This document shows positions 24,707 through 35,588 of a stretch of 64,000 nucleotides of DNA, piece after piece. Position 1 is the stretch's first letter. Every line of letters starts with the position of its first letter. The translations under genes were made by a program, and so were the position numbers. Origin of the DNA: Gammaproteobacteria bacterium (GTDB taxonomy: Bacteria; Pseudomonadota; Gammaproteobacteria; GCA-002705445; GCA-002716945); contig JAYQJW010000002.1 in NCBI GenBank assembly GCA_038142325.1, positions 224,001-288,000 on the forward strand. The letters are read 5' to 3'. The notes under the pieces were generated by a model. It was given only the letters and a program-made list of their open reading frames with translations, had not been told where the DNA came from and searched no databases.

Positions 24707-25981
24707 GATTATATATCGCATGCATATTGTTTTTACTATCGAGTTGGAGTTCAGCTAATGTAAAAATTAACACAATTGAGAACAATGAGAATTATCTTTA
24801 CGTTTATCTAAACACTCTTCCTATTGTTGACATTAACATAGTTATCACTAAAGGAAGCAACAGCGATGGAAAAGTCACCGGACTAACTAATTTAATGCTG
24901 AACACACTGCTAGCTTCAGAAATTGAAAATAGAAAGCTCATAAGTTATTTTGAAGATGTAGGAGCAAAGCTTTCTTATTCTGTAAATAAAGAATCAACAT
25001 CAATATCAATTAGATCTGTTAATGATTTAAATCAAATTGAAAACCTCTTAAAAAAATTAATCAAGCTCTATTTATTAACTCTATAGACAGTGAACTTTTA
25101 AAACTTGAAAGAGAAAAGATTATGAGAGCTATTTCTGAATCGCAGAAGAAGCCGAGTTCAGTCTTAGAAACCGCAGTATCTGAAGGATTGTTTTCAGGAA
25201 CTGGTTTAGCTCATCTTCCAATAGGCAAGAAGGAGCATATAAAGATATTACAAATAGTGCAATTCTTAACCATAGAAATCATATTTTTAATTTAAATAAT
25301 TTAGAGATAAACATTGTCGGAGATATAAGCGCTACACAGAGTAAAAGTCTTATACATCTGATAACAAATAATTTTTCTACCACGAAAGAATCTGAAAACA
25401 TCGAATATAATATCAATTCAGTCAAATCTCACACAGAATTTGATTCAACTCAATCACACTTAACAATTGTCATACCTGCAGTTTCAAGGAAACATGATAA
25501 CTATCATGATTTAATGGTAGCCAATTATATATTTGGTGGTAGTGGATTTGGTTCATGGCTAATGGAAGAGATAAGACAAAAAAGAGGGCTGTCATATTCG
25601 GTTTATAGTTATCTATCAAGTTATCAAGATAATGGCTATTTAAAGATTTCTCTGCAAACTAAAAATGAAAACATAGAACTAGCAAAAACTATCATCAATC
25701 AACAAATTAATAGATTACAAGAGTTTGATGTAGAAGATTCAATAATTGAAACAACAAAAGACTCAATAAAAAGAAGTTTTGAAATGAGAGTTGATACAAA
25801 CAAAAAAATACTCAATTTAGTATCAGCTGTAAATAGTTTTGACTTAAATTTAAACTATTTTGAAGATTATTTAGAAAAATTATCTAAAGTAAATAAATCA
25901 AGTATAAAAACAGCATTGAAGAATTCTATTCATTTTAATGATACTTCTATTTTTACTGTCGGCAAAACTGTTGAACAATAA
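24703..25981 (+). CDS. M16 family peptidase, non-catalytic partner (two 1-nt deletions near 25050 and 25240)
   Basis: LPIVDINI..GS..DG...GLTNL N-terminus; GGSGFGSWLMEEIRQKRGLSYSVYS C-terminus; the middle reads through once two bases are added. Confidence 0.85.
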
Positions 25982-26537
25982 ACTAAAAATTATCTCAGGA
26001 AAATATAAATCTAGATTTATTCAAATTCCTGATAAAAAAAACTTACGACCATCAAAAGCTTACATAAGGGAGAGTTTATTCAATGTGCTGGATATTCACT
26101 TATGCAATTCATCTTTAGATCTTTTTTCTGGAAGCGGAATTTTATCATTTGAGGCAATATCTAGAGGAATTAAAAAATCTGTGCTTATAGAAAATGATGT
26201 TGAGCTAGTGGAATATATAAAAAAGAACATTCAATTATTAGATATACAAGATGTTGATGTTGTTAAACAAAAGGTCGAATATTATCTTAAATCTTGCATT
26301 AATAAATCATATGATATTATCTTTATAGACCCTCCCTATAAGACCAAGCTCTTAGGTGAGACTCTGGAAATCTTAAAAAAAAATAATTTTCTTGAATCAA
26401 ACAAATATCTTTATTTTGAGAGATCAAAAAAAGATCGTAGAGATTACATTTCTCATATTATGAATACACATTTAATAGTCAAAGATTTGAGTATTGGAGA
26501 TGTAAGTTATACAATCTCAAAAAACAAGAACCTATGA
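25971..26537 (+). CDS. rsmD: 16S rRNA m2G966 methyltransferase
   Basis: KIISGKYK, LRPS...RESLFN, LDLFSGSG, FIDPPY. Start set at the in-frame TTG 25971 (ORF track starts at 25938). Confidence 0.92.
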   Translation: MNNKLKIISGKYKSRFIQIPDKKNLRPSKAYIRESLFNVLDIHLCNSSLDLFSGSGILSFEAISRGIKKSVLIENDVELVEYIKKNIQLLDIQDVDVVKQKVEYYLKSCINKSYDIIFIDPPYKTKLLGETLEILKKNNFLESNKYLYFERSKKDRRDYISHIMNTHLIVKDLSIGDVSYTISKNKNL

Positions 26538-27013
26538 AAATTAAAGCTATATATCCAGGTACTTTCGATCCAATTACATTTGGTCACGAAGATCTCGTCA
26601 AGAGAGCCTCTAATATTTTTGAAGGGGTTATTGTTGCTGTGGCATGTAATACTCAAAAACAAACATTGTTTTCTTCAGATGAAAGATATGAAATGTGTAA
26701 AGAGGTTTTGAAAAAGTATAAAAATGTCGACGTAATTAAACTTAATAAGCTTACAGTAGAGCATGCAGAAGACCTTGGTGCAAAAATTATGCTCAGAGGA
26801 TTGAGAGCAGTTTCAGATTTTGAATATGAGGTGCAGCTATCGAATTTAAATCGAACAATGAATCCAAATATTGAAAGTATATTCCTGAGTCCAGATGAAA
26901 AATATAGTTTTATTTCCTCATCTATTATAAAAGACATCGCAAGACATCAAGGTGACTTGACAAAATTTTTAGATAAGGCGGTGGCAGAGAGACTTAAAGA
27001 AAAGTTGTCTTAA
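26534..27013 (+). CDS. coaD: Phosphopantetheine adenylyltransferase
   Basis: YPGTFDPITFGH, RGLRAVSDFEYE, ISSS. Confidence 0.97.
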   Translation: MKIKAIYPGTFDPITFGHEDLVKRASNIFEGVIVAVACNTQKQTLFSSDERYEMCKEVLKKYKNVDVIKLNKLTVEHAEDLGAKIMLRGLRAVSDFEYEVQLSNLNRTMNPNIESIFLSPDEKYSFISSSIIKDIARHQGDLTKFLDKAVAERLKEKLS

Positions 27014-27014
27014 T

Positions 27015-28271
27015 CTACCTCTTCATTGAGTCAAAGAACTCTGAGTTTGTTTTAGTTGATTTTAATTTGTTAAGCATAAACTCCATTGCATCTAATTCAT
27101 CCATGGAATGAAGAACTTTTCTAAGAATCCAAATTTTTTGTAACTCATCAGGCTCCATTAACAGCTCTTCTCTTCTGGTGCCTGAACGGTTAATATTTAT
27201 TGCAGGATAAATTCTTTTCTCCGCTATTCGTCTATCTAAATGAACTTCCATGTTGCCAGTTCCTTTGAATTCTTCATAAATAACCTCATCCATTTTAGAT
27301 CCAGTATCTATAAGAGCTGTTGCAAGAATAGTGAGGCTACCACCTTCTTCTATATTTCTTGCTGCACCATAAAACTTTTTAGGTTTTGTAAGTGCATTAG
27401 CGTCAACACCACCTGTTAATACTTTTCCAGATGAAGGCGCAACAGTGTTATATGCTCTTGCTAATCTTGTAATAGAGTCTAGTAGAATGATGACATCTTT
27501 TTTATGCTCTACTAATCTTTTGGCTTTCTCAATGACCATTTCAGCAACTTGTACGTGTCTATTTGCAGGCTCATCAAATGTACTTGCGACCACTTCACCT
27601 CTTACCATTCTAGACATTTCTGTAACCTCTTCAGGTCTTTCATCGATTAGTAAAACAATTAAATGTGCATCTGGATTACTTGCTGTAAGACTTTGGGCGA
27701 TGTTCTGAAGCATGATTGTTTTACCTGCTTTCGGAGGTGATATGATTAATCCTCTTTGACCTTTACCAATTGGTGAAGCAATATCAATTAGACGAGCAGA
27801 AATATCCTCTGAACTTCCATTGCCTTGTTCTAACCTAAGTCTTTTGTTTGCATGTAAAGGAGTTAAGTTTTCGAAAAGAATTTTATTTTTAGTACTTGCA
27901 GATGTATCAGAATTAATGGTATCAATTTTAAGTAATGCGAAGTATCTCTCGCTTTCTTTTGGAGGTCTAATTTTTCCTTGAATAGTATCTCCAGTTCTTA
28001 GTGAAAATTTTCTAATCTGACTTGGCGATACATAAATATCGTCTGGTCCAGCGAGATAGGAGCTGTCTGCAGATCTTAAGAACCCAAAACCATCTTGCAG
28101 AATTTCAAGAACACCCCCACCAGAAATGTCTTCACCACTAGACGAGTGGCTCTTTAAGATAGTAAATATTACGTCTTGTTTACGAAGTCTTCCTACATTG
28201 TCTGCACCCATACCCTCAGCTATTTCAACTAATTCTTGTACAGGTTTTTGTTTGAGTTCAGTAAGGTTCAT
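27015..28271 (-). CDS. rho: Transcription termination factor Rho
   Basis: [34 protein letters not shown]. Confidence 0.99.
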   Translation of the reverse strand: MNLTELKQKPVQELVEIAEGMGADNVGRLRKQDVIFTILKSHSSSGEDISGGGVLEILQDGFGFLRSADSSYLAGPDDIYVSPSQIRKFSLRTGDTIQGKIRPPKESERYFALLKIDTINSDTSASTKNKILFENLTPLHANKRLRLEQGNGSSEDISARLIDIASPIGKGQRGLIISPPKAGKTIMLQNIAQSLTASNPDAHLIVLLIDERPEEVTEMSRMVRGEVVASTFDEPANRHVQVAEMVIEKAKRLVEHKKDVIILLDSITRLARAYNTVAPSSGKVLTGGVDANALTKPKKFYGAARNIEEGGSLTILATALIDTGSKMDEVIYEEFKGTGNMEVHLDRRIAEKRIYPAININRSGTRREELLMEPDELQKIWILRKVLHSMDELDAMEFMLNKLKSTKTNSEFFDSMKR

Positions 28272-28272
28272 A

Positions 28273-28596
28273 TTATAAATTTTTATCTAAAAAACTTGAT
28301 AGTTCACTTTTCGAGAGTACACCAACGCTTGTGTCAGCTTTTTCACCATTTTTAAATAGTATTAGAGTTGGTATACCTCTAATTCCATATTTCTGAGTAT
28401 TCGATGGATTATGATCTATATTAAGTTTAACGAATTTAACTTTGTCAGAATAATCGGATGCAACTTCATCAATAACTGGACCAAGTACTTTGCAAGGTCC
28501 GCACCATTCAGCCCAAAAATCTATAAGAACAGGTTTGTCTGATTCTAATACTTCAGAATCAAAATTCTCATCATTTATATCTATAGCATTGCTCAT
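28273..28596 (-). CDS. trxA: Thioredoxin
   Basis: WAEWCGPCK; canonical trxA-rho order; GGAGA SD. Confidence 0.97.
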   Translation of the reverse strand: MSNAIDINDENFDSEVLESDKPVLIDFWAEWCGPCKVLGPVIDEVASDYSDKVKFVKLNIDHNPSNTQKYGIRGIPTLILFKNGEKADTSVGVLSKSELSSFLDKNL

Positions 28597-28734
28597 AAAA
28601 CGTCTCCATTAATTTTTTATCTGACGATTGGTTGATTACGATTTGATTTGTAACTTTGAGTATCACTATGATTAAATAGTTTAATATTCATGTCAAGTTA
28701 TTCTTTAAACAACAGGTGAATAAATTCTGATAGT

Positions 28735-29184
28735 ATGTCAAATATGAAAATCTCCCAAAATAAATTAGTCAGCATGACTTATTCTATATACGAAAAAGAT
28801 TGTTTAGTTGAAAATGTAGAATCCCCAGTTAGTTTTATTTTTGGTAAAGAGACTAATCTACTACCAATTGTTGAAAATTCCTTAAATGGAAAAGAGACTG
28901 GTAGTGAAATTTCCATAGAAGTCAGCCCTGAACTAGGCTTTGGAAAGATTGATGAAAATCTTATATTCATTGATGAATTAAAAAATGTTCCTTCTGAGTA
29001 CAGAAAAGTTGGCCTTGAAATCGATTTTGCTAACGAAAAAGGAATTAAAAAGAAATTCAGAGTTAGTAAAATCGACGGCGATAAAATTACCTTCGATGGC
29101 AACCATCTATTCGCAGGGAAGAGTCTTGTTTATAAAATTAAAATTATAGACGTGAAGGAAACTGAAGCAGTCAAAAACGAATAG
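28735..29184 (+). CDS. SlyD-like FKBP-type peptidyl-prolyl isomerase without the His-rich tail (start may be ATG 28744)
   Basis: MKISQNKLVSMTY, VSPELGFG, DGNHLFAGKSL. Confidence 0.85.
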   Translation: MSNMKISQNKLVSMTYSIYEKDCLVENVESPVSFIFGKETNLLPIVENSLNGKETGSEISIEVSPELGFGKIDENLIFIDELKNVPSEYRKVGLEIDFANEKGIKKKFRVSKIDGDKITFDGNHLFAGKSLVYKIKIIDVKETEAVKNE

Positions 29185-29271
29185 CATTTTTTCTTCTTTA
29201 ATATTTAACTCAATGCATTATACTTATTCAAATTCGCATTATTATTAAACACACATATTGGGTAAATATTT

Positions 29272-30473
29272 ATGACTAATTTAATTATGCCTCATGGCTC
29301 AAACGAACTTAATACATTATATATAGAAGACGAAATGGCAAGATCATCGATGTTATCTGCTGCTGCAGAAATGCGAAGTATTGAGATTACATCTGCCGCA
29401 GCTGCGAATGCAGTAATGATGGGAGCTGGTTACTTTAATCCTCTTACTGGGTTTATGAATAAAGAGGAAGCATTAAAGGTTTCTACAGAAATGCTAACAT
29501 TAAACAATCTTTTTGGCCTGTACCAATCGTAAATATAACTAAGGATGCAAACTCACTAGATTATACTCATGGTGAAGAGATAGCATTAAAAGATCCAAAT
29601 GTTGAAGGCAACCCTGTAATCGCAATTCAAAGGATTGAAAATGTAGAAAAATTAAGCGATGACGATATCGATACAATCGTAACCAACGTTTTCGGAACAA
29701 ATGATGAAAATCATCCAGGTGTAAAAAATTTTAAAGATCAGGGTAGATATATCATTTCTGGTTCAATAGAAGTTCTCAACTATAGCTATTTCCCAAATGA
29801 CTTTCCTGAGACATTTGCTACAGCACCAGGTATTAGAGAAATGCTTACTAAAGCAGGTTGGTCAAAGACTGTAGCGTTTCAAACTAGAAATCCGATGCAC
29901 AGGGCACATGAAGAGTTGTGTAAAATGGCTTATGAAAGACTTGATGCTGATGGAGTACTGATACATATGCTTCTTGGCAAACTTAAGGAAGGCGATATTC
30001 CTGGTGATGTGAGAGATTCGGCCATTAGAAAAATGGTGGAACTTTATTTTCCAGAAAACACAGCTATCATATCAGGATTTGGTTTCGATATGATGTATGC
30101 AGGTCCTCGTGAAGCTCTACTTCATGCAGTATTTAGACAAAATGCAGGTTGCACTCACCTAATCGTTGGCAGAGATCATGCTGGTGTTGGTGATTATTAT
30201 GAACCGTTTGATGCACAAGACATATTTGATAAAGACGTTGTCCGAGATTCACTTAAAATTGAAATTTTCAAGGCAGACCATACTGCATACTCAAAAAAGC
30301 TCAACAAAGTAGTTATGATGCGAGATGCTGAGGATCACACTAAAGATGATTTCGTATTGCTATCTGGGACTAAAGTAAGAGAAATGCTTGCAGCTGGTCA
30401 GGACTTACCACCAGAATTTGCTAGAAAAGAGGTAGCGCAAATACTCATGACTTACTATCAGCAGAAAGGATAA
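29272..30473 (+). CDS. sat: Sulfate adenylyltransferase (ATP sulfurylase), one T missing in the run at 29510-29514
   Basis: FNPLTGFM; after the shift WPVPIV, then VAFQTRNPMHRAHE, VGRDHAGVG and LSGTKVR. The shifted frame is open into the 29841 ORF. Confidence 0.95.
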
Positions 30474-30551
30474 GTAAAAACCTCATTAAAATGGATGAAA
30501 ATATAAGTAAAATTAAGTAAATAATTAATTCCTAATATTCTTAATTTTGGC

Positions 30552-30586
30552 TATAATGTTCATCGAGCAGTAAATCAAGGACTGCT
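30552..30586 (+). promoter_or_regulatory. aprM promoter -10 box plus an inverted repeat in the leader
   Basis: Perfect TATAAT at 30552-30557, then AGCAGT-N9-ACTGCT at 30566-30586; GGGAGA SD before ATG 30612. Confidence 0.45.
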
Positions 30587-30611
30587 AATATATTAAGAAT
30601 AGGGAGAAAAC

Positions 30612-31403
30612 ATGCTAGCTTACAATCCATTTTCAGATCTGGGAGCGTCTATACCGCCTTTTGCAATGCAAGCTTTTTTAATTGCAATGGTACTTTTGGT
30701 AATTGGGGGAGTGGTACTCGACATGATGCACAAAAAGAATGTTAAATACTTTTTCGAAAACGCTAAAAAGGCTAAACAATCTGCTACACGAGAATTATCA
30801 TCAGGTGAAAAAGTAACGATTATTGCTAAAACCGTAGCATCAGACATAATGACATCATCTGAATTTTGCACATTCCAAAGACGTGCAGCTCACTTGCTAG
30901 GAATGTATGGAACTATTATTTTCTGGGTAACTTCTGCTATGTTAATTTTTAGTTACTCTACCCCATCATCTAATGCCCCATCTATGATACCTGTACTATG
31001 GCACGTGGGAGCAATTATGACATGTGTTGGTGGTTTTTGGTTTTGGTTCGCAATAAGGGTTAATGTATCTGCAGAGGGCCACCCTTGGTATCACGTAATG
31101 TTTGCAGATTTATTTGTGCTAGCACTTCTTGCTTCACAATCAACAGCCTTATTATGGTCTGTAACTCAAGGTTCTGGTTCAATGCTAAGCGGTTTATTTT
31201 TGATTTTGTTCATTGTATCGAACGTTGTTTTATTTGGGGGAGTGTATTGGTCTAAATTTGCTCACATGTTTTATAAGCCTGGAGCAGCAATACAAAAGCA
31301 CTTAGCTAAAGCTGATGGTTCAAATAGTAACTTACCTGAACCAGCAGACAAACCAAAACAGTTTGGGTTGGGTATTAGACGTGAGTCACCGAAAAATTAT
31401 TAA
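30612..31403 (+). CDS. aprM: Adenylylsulfate reductase membrane anchor
   Basis: About five TM helices, DMMHKKNVKYFF, RRAAHLLGMYG, WSKFAHMFYKP; lies between sat and aprB. Confidence 0.9.
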   Translation: MLAYNPFSDLGASIPPFAMQAFLIAMVLLVIGGVVLDMMHKKNVKYFFENAKKAKQSATRELSSGEKVTIIAKTVASDIMTSSEFCTFQRRAAHLLGMYGTIIFWVTSAMLIFSYSTPSSNAPSMIPVLWHVGAIMTCVGGFWFWFAIRVNVSAEGHPWYHVMFADLFVLALLASQSTALLWSVTQGSGSMLSGLFLILFIVSNVVLFGGVYWSKFAHMFYKPGAAIQKHLAKADGSNSNLPEPADKPKQFGLGIRRESPKNY

Positions 31404-31432
31404 TAACTATATGGAGATAAGGAGATAAGATT

Positions 31433-31924
31433 ATGTCAACTTTTGTATATATGACAAGGTGTGATGGTTGCGGGATGTGTGTAGACATTTGCCCTTCAGA
31501 CATCATGCACATAGATAAAACATTAAGACGTGCAGTTAATATCGAACCAAATATGTGTTGGGAATGTTACTCATGTGTTAAAGCTTGTGATCAAAATGCT
31601 ATAGATGCTCGTGGATATGCTGATTTTTCACCATTGGGCCACAGTGTTAGAGCATTAAGAGAAGAAGAAAAAGGAACTATTTCTTGGAAAATTAAATTTA
31701 GAAATGGCACAGAAAAGAACTTCTGTTCTCCTATAACAACTAAACCATGGGGTGAATATATTCCTGAGCTAGCTTCAGAACCTTCTCCAAGTAAAGACGT
31801 TTATGATGGTGAGTTACTCTATAATGAACCAAAATATCTAAAAACTGGTGAGGTCCAAACTGCTCCTGACGGTTTACCTGAAATGACAAAAATTGGTAAA
31901 TTAAAACAAGGAGTGTACTACTAA
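31433..31924 (+). CDS. aprB: Adenylylsulfate reductase beta subunit
   Basis: Two [4Fe-4S] motifs, CDGCGMCVDICP and CWECYSCVKAC; RGYADF. Confidence 0.97.
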   Translation: MSTFVYMTRCDGCGMCVDICPSDIMHIDKTLRRAVNIEPNMCWECYSCVKACDQNAIDARGYADFSPLGHSVRALREEEKGTISWKIKFRNGTEKNFCSPITTKPWGEYIPELASEPSPSKDVYDGELLYNEPKYLKTGEVQTAPDGLPEMTKIGKLKQGVYY

Positions 31925-33777
31925 TGGCTAGAAAAACACATTATGAAGATTGCGATATTCTTGTAGTTGGTGGAGGCATGGCCGGTACTGGTGCAGCTTT
32001 CGAAGCTAGATACTGGGGCAAAGATATGAAAATCATTGTTGCAGAAAAAGCAAACATAGACAGAAGCGGAGCTGTTGCACAAGGCTTATATGCAATTAAC
32101 TGCTACATGGGCATGCAATGGGGTGAAAATGCTCCAGAAGACCATGTTAGATATGCAAGAAATGACCTAATGGGTATGGTGCGTGAGGATTTAGCTTACG
32201 ACATGGCTCGTCATGTAGATTCAGCTGTTCATATGTTTGAAGAGTGGGGACTACCACTAATGAGAAATAAAGAAACTGGCCGTTATCAAAGAGAGGGCAA
32301 GTGGCAAATTATGATTCATGGTGAGAGTTACAAACCTATTGTTGCAGAGGCTGCAAAAAAATCTGCAGATAAGATTTACAACAGAGTAATGGTTACTCAT
32401 TTATTAATGGACGAAGCTAAAGAAAACAGAATTGGCGGAGCGTGTGGTTTTAACATGCGTACTGGTGAATTCCATGTGTTTAGAGCTAAGGCTGTAGTGT
32501 GTGCTGCTGGTGGAGCTTCACATATCTTCAAACCAAGATCTGTTGGTGAGGGTATGGGACGTACATGGTATGCACCATGGAGTAACGGTTCTGCATATGC
32601 ACTACCTATTGCGGTTGGTGCAAAAATGACTCAAATGGAAAACAGAATTGTATTAACTCGTTTTAAAGACGGTTATGGTCCTGTTGGAGCATACTTCCTT
32701 CATTTAAAAACTTATACACAAAATGCTGCCGGTGAGAATTATGAAAAAAAATGGTATGACAATACTAAAGCGATTGTTGGTGAATATTTAGATCATGTAC
32801 CTACTCCTACATGTCTAAGAAACCACGCCTTCATTCAAGAAACTATTCATGGCGGTGGCCCTATCCATATGGTGACAATGGAAGCCTTCCAAGATCCACA
32901 TTTAGAGGAAATCGGTTGGGAAAACTTTCTAGGAATGACAGTTGGACAAGCTGTTGTATGGGCTGCGCAAGATATTGATCCTAAATATCAAAATCCTGAA
33001 TTAACAACCTCTGAACCATATGTAATGGGTTCTCATGCGACATGTTCAGGTGCGTGGTGTAGTGGTCCTGAGGATTTATCTCCACCAGAATACTTCTGGG
33101 GATATAATCGTATGATGACAGTCGATGGTTTGTTTGCTGCAGGCGATGCTGCCGGTGGAACTGCCCATGCCTTCTCTTCAGGTTCATTTACTGAGGGAAG
33201 ACTATGTGCTAAAGCTGCGGTCAAATATATTAAAGATCAAAAAGCTGTTGGTATCAGAGTATCAGACAGTCAGATAGAAAAATTCAAAGAAGAAGTGTAC
33301 AAACCACTTGAGAATTATACTGTTGGACGTAATGAGATTACAGCTGGTACTGTATCACCTAGTTATTTACTTCCTATTCAAGGTCTGCAACGTCTCCAAA
33401 AAATTATGGATGATTATGCAGGTGGAATTGGAACAAATTATATGACTAATGGAAACATGCTTAAAAGAGGTCTTCAGTTGTTAGATACATTAACTGAGGA
33501 TCTTGAAAAAATTGGTGCTGAAGATTATCACCAGTTAATGAGAGCATGGGAATTAAAACATAGAACTTTAGTTTCTCAATGTGTTTGTGAGCACACACTG
33601 TTCCGTGAAGAAACACGTTGGCCTGGTTATTATTATCGTGGTGATTTCCTAAAACTAGATGATGATAATTGGCATTGTTTAACAGTCTCTAGAAGAGATC
33701 CAAAAACTGGTAAATTTACTTGTGAAAAAGCACCGCTTTATCACATTGTAGACGAAGAGACTGAAAAAGTTTCCTGA
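31924..33777 (+). CDS. aprA: Adenylylsulfate reductase alpha subunit
   Basis: GGGMAGTG FAD motif, EKANIDRSGAVAQGLYAIN, WQIMIHGESYKP, REETRWPGYYYRGD. Confidence 0.98.
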   Translation: MARKTHYEDCDILVVGGGMAGTGAAFEARYWGKDMKIIVAEKANIDRSGAVAQGLYAINCYMGMQWGENAPEDHVRYARNDLMGMVREDLAYDMARHVDSAVHMFEEWGLPLMRNKETGRYQREGKWQIMIHGESYKPIVAEAAKKSADKIYNRVMVTHLLMDEAKENRIGGACGFNMRTGEFHVFRAKAVVCAAGGASHIFKPRSVGEGMGRTWYAPWSNGSAYALPIAVGAKMTQMENRIVLTRFKDGYGPVGAYFLHLKTYTQNAAGENYEKKWYDNTKAIVGEYLDHVPTPTCLRNHAFIQETIHGGGPIHMVTMEAFQDPHLEEIGWENFLGMTVGQAVVWAAQDIDPKYQNPELTTSEPYVMGSHATCSGAWCSGPEDLSPPEYFWGYNRMMTVDGLFAAGDAAGGTAHAFSSGSFTEGRLCAKAAVKYIKDQKAVGIRVSDSQIEKFKEEVYKPLENYTVGRNEITAGTVSPSYLLPIQGLQRLQKIMDDYAGGIGTNYMTNGNMLKRGLQLLDTLTEDLEKIGAEDYHQLMRAWELKHRTLVSQCVCEHTLFREETRWPGYYYRGDFLKLDDDNWHCLTVSRRDPKTGKFTCEKAPLYHIVDEETEKVS

Positions 33778-33779
33778 TA

Positions 33780-34133
33780 ATGGCTAAGCTTTTAGAGCTA
33801 ACTGATCAGGAGATTATAGATATTGCAAACCCACTGTGGGAAGACTTAATTAGAACTTCTAATAACAAAGACTACGGTGGGTTTACAAAAAACTTCTCAA
33901 AAAAAATGTTAATGGGGGCTGACGAGGTAACCCTCGGAAAGCAATGGGCTAATAGCCCTATACTCGCAAAATTATCTCCTGAATTTGAAGCCTTAGGTTG
34001 TCTCAAGAGAGATGAATATGTAACCGTGATATTCAAACAAGTTAGTGAGAGTGTTCCTGGCGAATATCTTGGAAGACTTGTCTTGGGAATGCAAGATGAT
34101 GATGTAAAAATTTATGGCTGCACTATTTTTTAA
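33780..34133 (+). CDS. Uncharacterised 117-aa protein (possibly DUF3887/NTF2-like fold)
   Basis: Clean ORF 2 nt after the aprA stop; helical N-terminus and beta-rich C-terminus. The family assignment is only my recollection. Confidence 0.7.
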   Translation: MAKLLELTDQEIIDIANPLWEDLIRTSNNKDYGGFTKNFSKKMLMGADEVTLGKQWANSPILAKLSPEFEALGCLKRDEYVTVIFKQVSESVPGEYLGRLVLGMQDDDVKIYGCTIF

Positions 34134-34139
34134 ATTTAT

Positions 34140-34661
34140 ATGCAAACAATTAAAAATATTACAGTTATCTCTGATACACATGGTGTCATAGACGAAGGTA
34201 TTATCCCACATCTTATAGATTCAGACATGATAGTTCATGCTGGAGATATCATGAGCACTGATATTATTAAAAAACTAAAAACTTATTCACAAAATGTCGT
34301 TACTGTAGCAGGTAATAATGATCTACCAGAAAGGTACAGTGACCCTCAAGACAAAGAAATTATATCTAAACTAAATAAGGTAGAACATTTTAAAATAGGT
34401 GAAGAGACCGTTACCGTTGAACATGGTGACAGGTTTGGACATCATCCATCTCATCACGAGCTAAGGAGCGCTTATCCTACATCAAAATTGATCATATACG
34501 GACATACTCATAATCAAGTATGTGATACATCAGAAACACCATGGATAATTAATCCGGGTGCTGCAGGGCATACTAGAAATAATGATGGTGGGCCATGTTA
34601 TATGAAAATTACAATTACCAATAATGATTGGAAAATTAAGCCTTATTGTCTTAAACAATGA
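34140..34661 (+). CDS. Metallophosphoesterase, YfcE/MJ0936 family
   Basis: SDTHG, HAGD, GNND, HGD, GHTH, NPGA motifs. Confidence 0.9.
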   Translation: MQTIKNITVISDTHGVIDEGIIPHLIDSDMIVHAGDIMSTDIIKKLKTYSQNVVTVAGNNDLPERYSDPQDKEIISKLNKVEHFKIGEETVTVEHGDRFGHHPSHHELRSAYPTSKLIIYGHTHNQVCDTSETPWIINPGAAGHTRNNDGGPCYMKITITNNDWKIKPYCLKQ

Positions 34662-35566
34662 CTAATCAGACATTAACCATATTTGGTGGTTCAGGCTTCA
34701 TATCATCTGAGATAGTATTCAGATTATCAAAGCACTTCAAAGAAGTTAGAGTTCTAACCAGAAATATCGATAAGTGTAATCCCATCAAAGTTATTAAAAA
34801 TGTTGAAATATATTTATACGATCCACGTATTGTAAATACATTTTCAACACATCTTAAAGAATCTGATGTTGTTATTAATACTGTGGGCATACTTAATGAA
34901 GATAAAAACAATACCTTTCAAGATATACATTATAATTTTGTTAGATCTCTGTTGAATAAATCAAAAGAACATGGCGTCTCTAAATTTATACACCTTAGCG
35001 CACTAAATGCCAATCAAAATGGTCCTAGCATATATCTTCAAACCAAAGGACTTGCCGATGATTTTATTAAAAAGCAATCTACTAAAACATTTACAACGGT
35101 AATCTTTAGACCATCTATAGTGTTCGGTGATAAGGACAGTTTTTTTAATCGATTTAAAAAACTTTTACAAATATTCCCTATCTTTCCTCTAGCATGCCCA
35201 AACTCTAAATTTTCACCAATTTATGTTAAGGACTTGGTTAGTTTTATAGAAGAATCTGTTCTATCAGATATATATGACAACTCGATAAATAATGTGACTG
35301 GCCCTAAAAACTATACATTTTTAGAGTTGATTAATTTTATCCTCGCTGTGCTAGAAATTAAAAGAGTAATCATTCCACTCAATCACACTCTATCAAAGTT
35401 ACAAGCTATTGTATTTAATTATCTCCCAGGAAATATTTTTACTTTAGATAACTTTAAATCTCTTCAAATAGATAATATTTCATCTGATGGGCTTAAAGGC
35501 AAGTCAACAATTGAAAATATTGTTCCATCGTATTTAGTTAAAAATAATAATAAAATAAAGAAATAA
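34658..35566 (+). CDS. Complex I NDUFA9-like atypical SDR
   Basis: [46 protein letters not shown]. Confidence 0.85.
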   Translation: MTNQTLTIFGGSGFISSEIVFRLSKHFKEVRVLTRNIDKCNPIKVIKNVEIYLYDPRIVNTFSTHLKESDVVINTVGILNEDKNNTFQDIHYNFVRSLLNKSKEHGVSKFIHLSALNANQNGPSIYLQTKGLADDFIKKQSTKTFTTVIFRPSIVFGDKDSFFNRFKKLLQIFPIFPLACPNSKFSPIYVKDLVSFIEESVLSDIYDNSINNVTGPKNYTFLELINFILAVLEIKRVIIPLNHTLSKLQAIVFNYLPGNIFTLDNFKSLQIDNISSDGLKGKSTIENIVPSYLVKNNNKIKK

Positions 35567-35588
35567 TATAAATAAACTCTTAAAGAAA

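Noticed and set aside
29215-29242. GCATTAT direct repeat at 21-bp spacing upstream of sat
   Set aside because: Too short and AT-rich to separate from chance without comparative data.
30566-30588. Possible second CIRCE upstream of aprM (GACTGCTAA half-site)
   Set aside because: The left arm does not match at the required 9-nt spacing; kept only as a generic inverted repeat.
31433-33777. Higher GC in aprBA as evidence of recent horizontal transfer
   Set aside because: coxA and groEL show the same elevation, consistent with conserved Gly/Ala-rich proteins; no mobility genes or flanking repeats.
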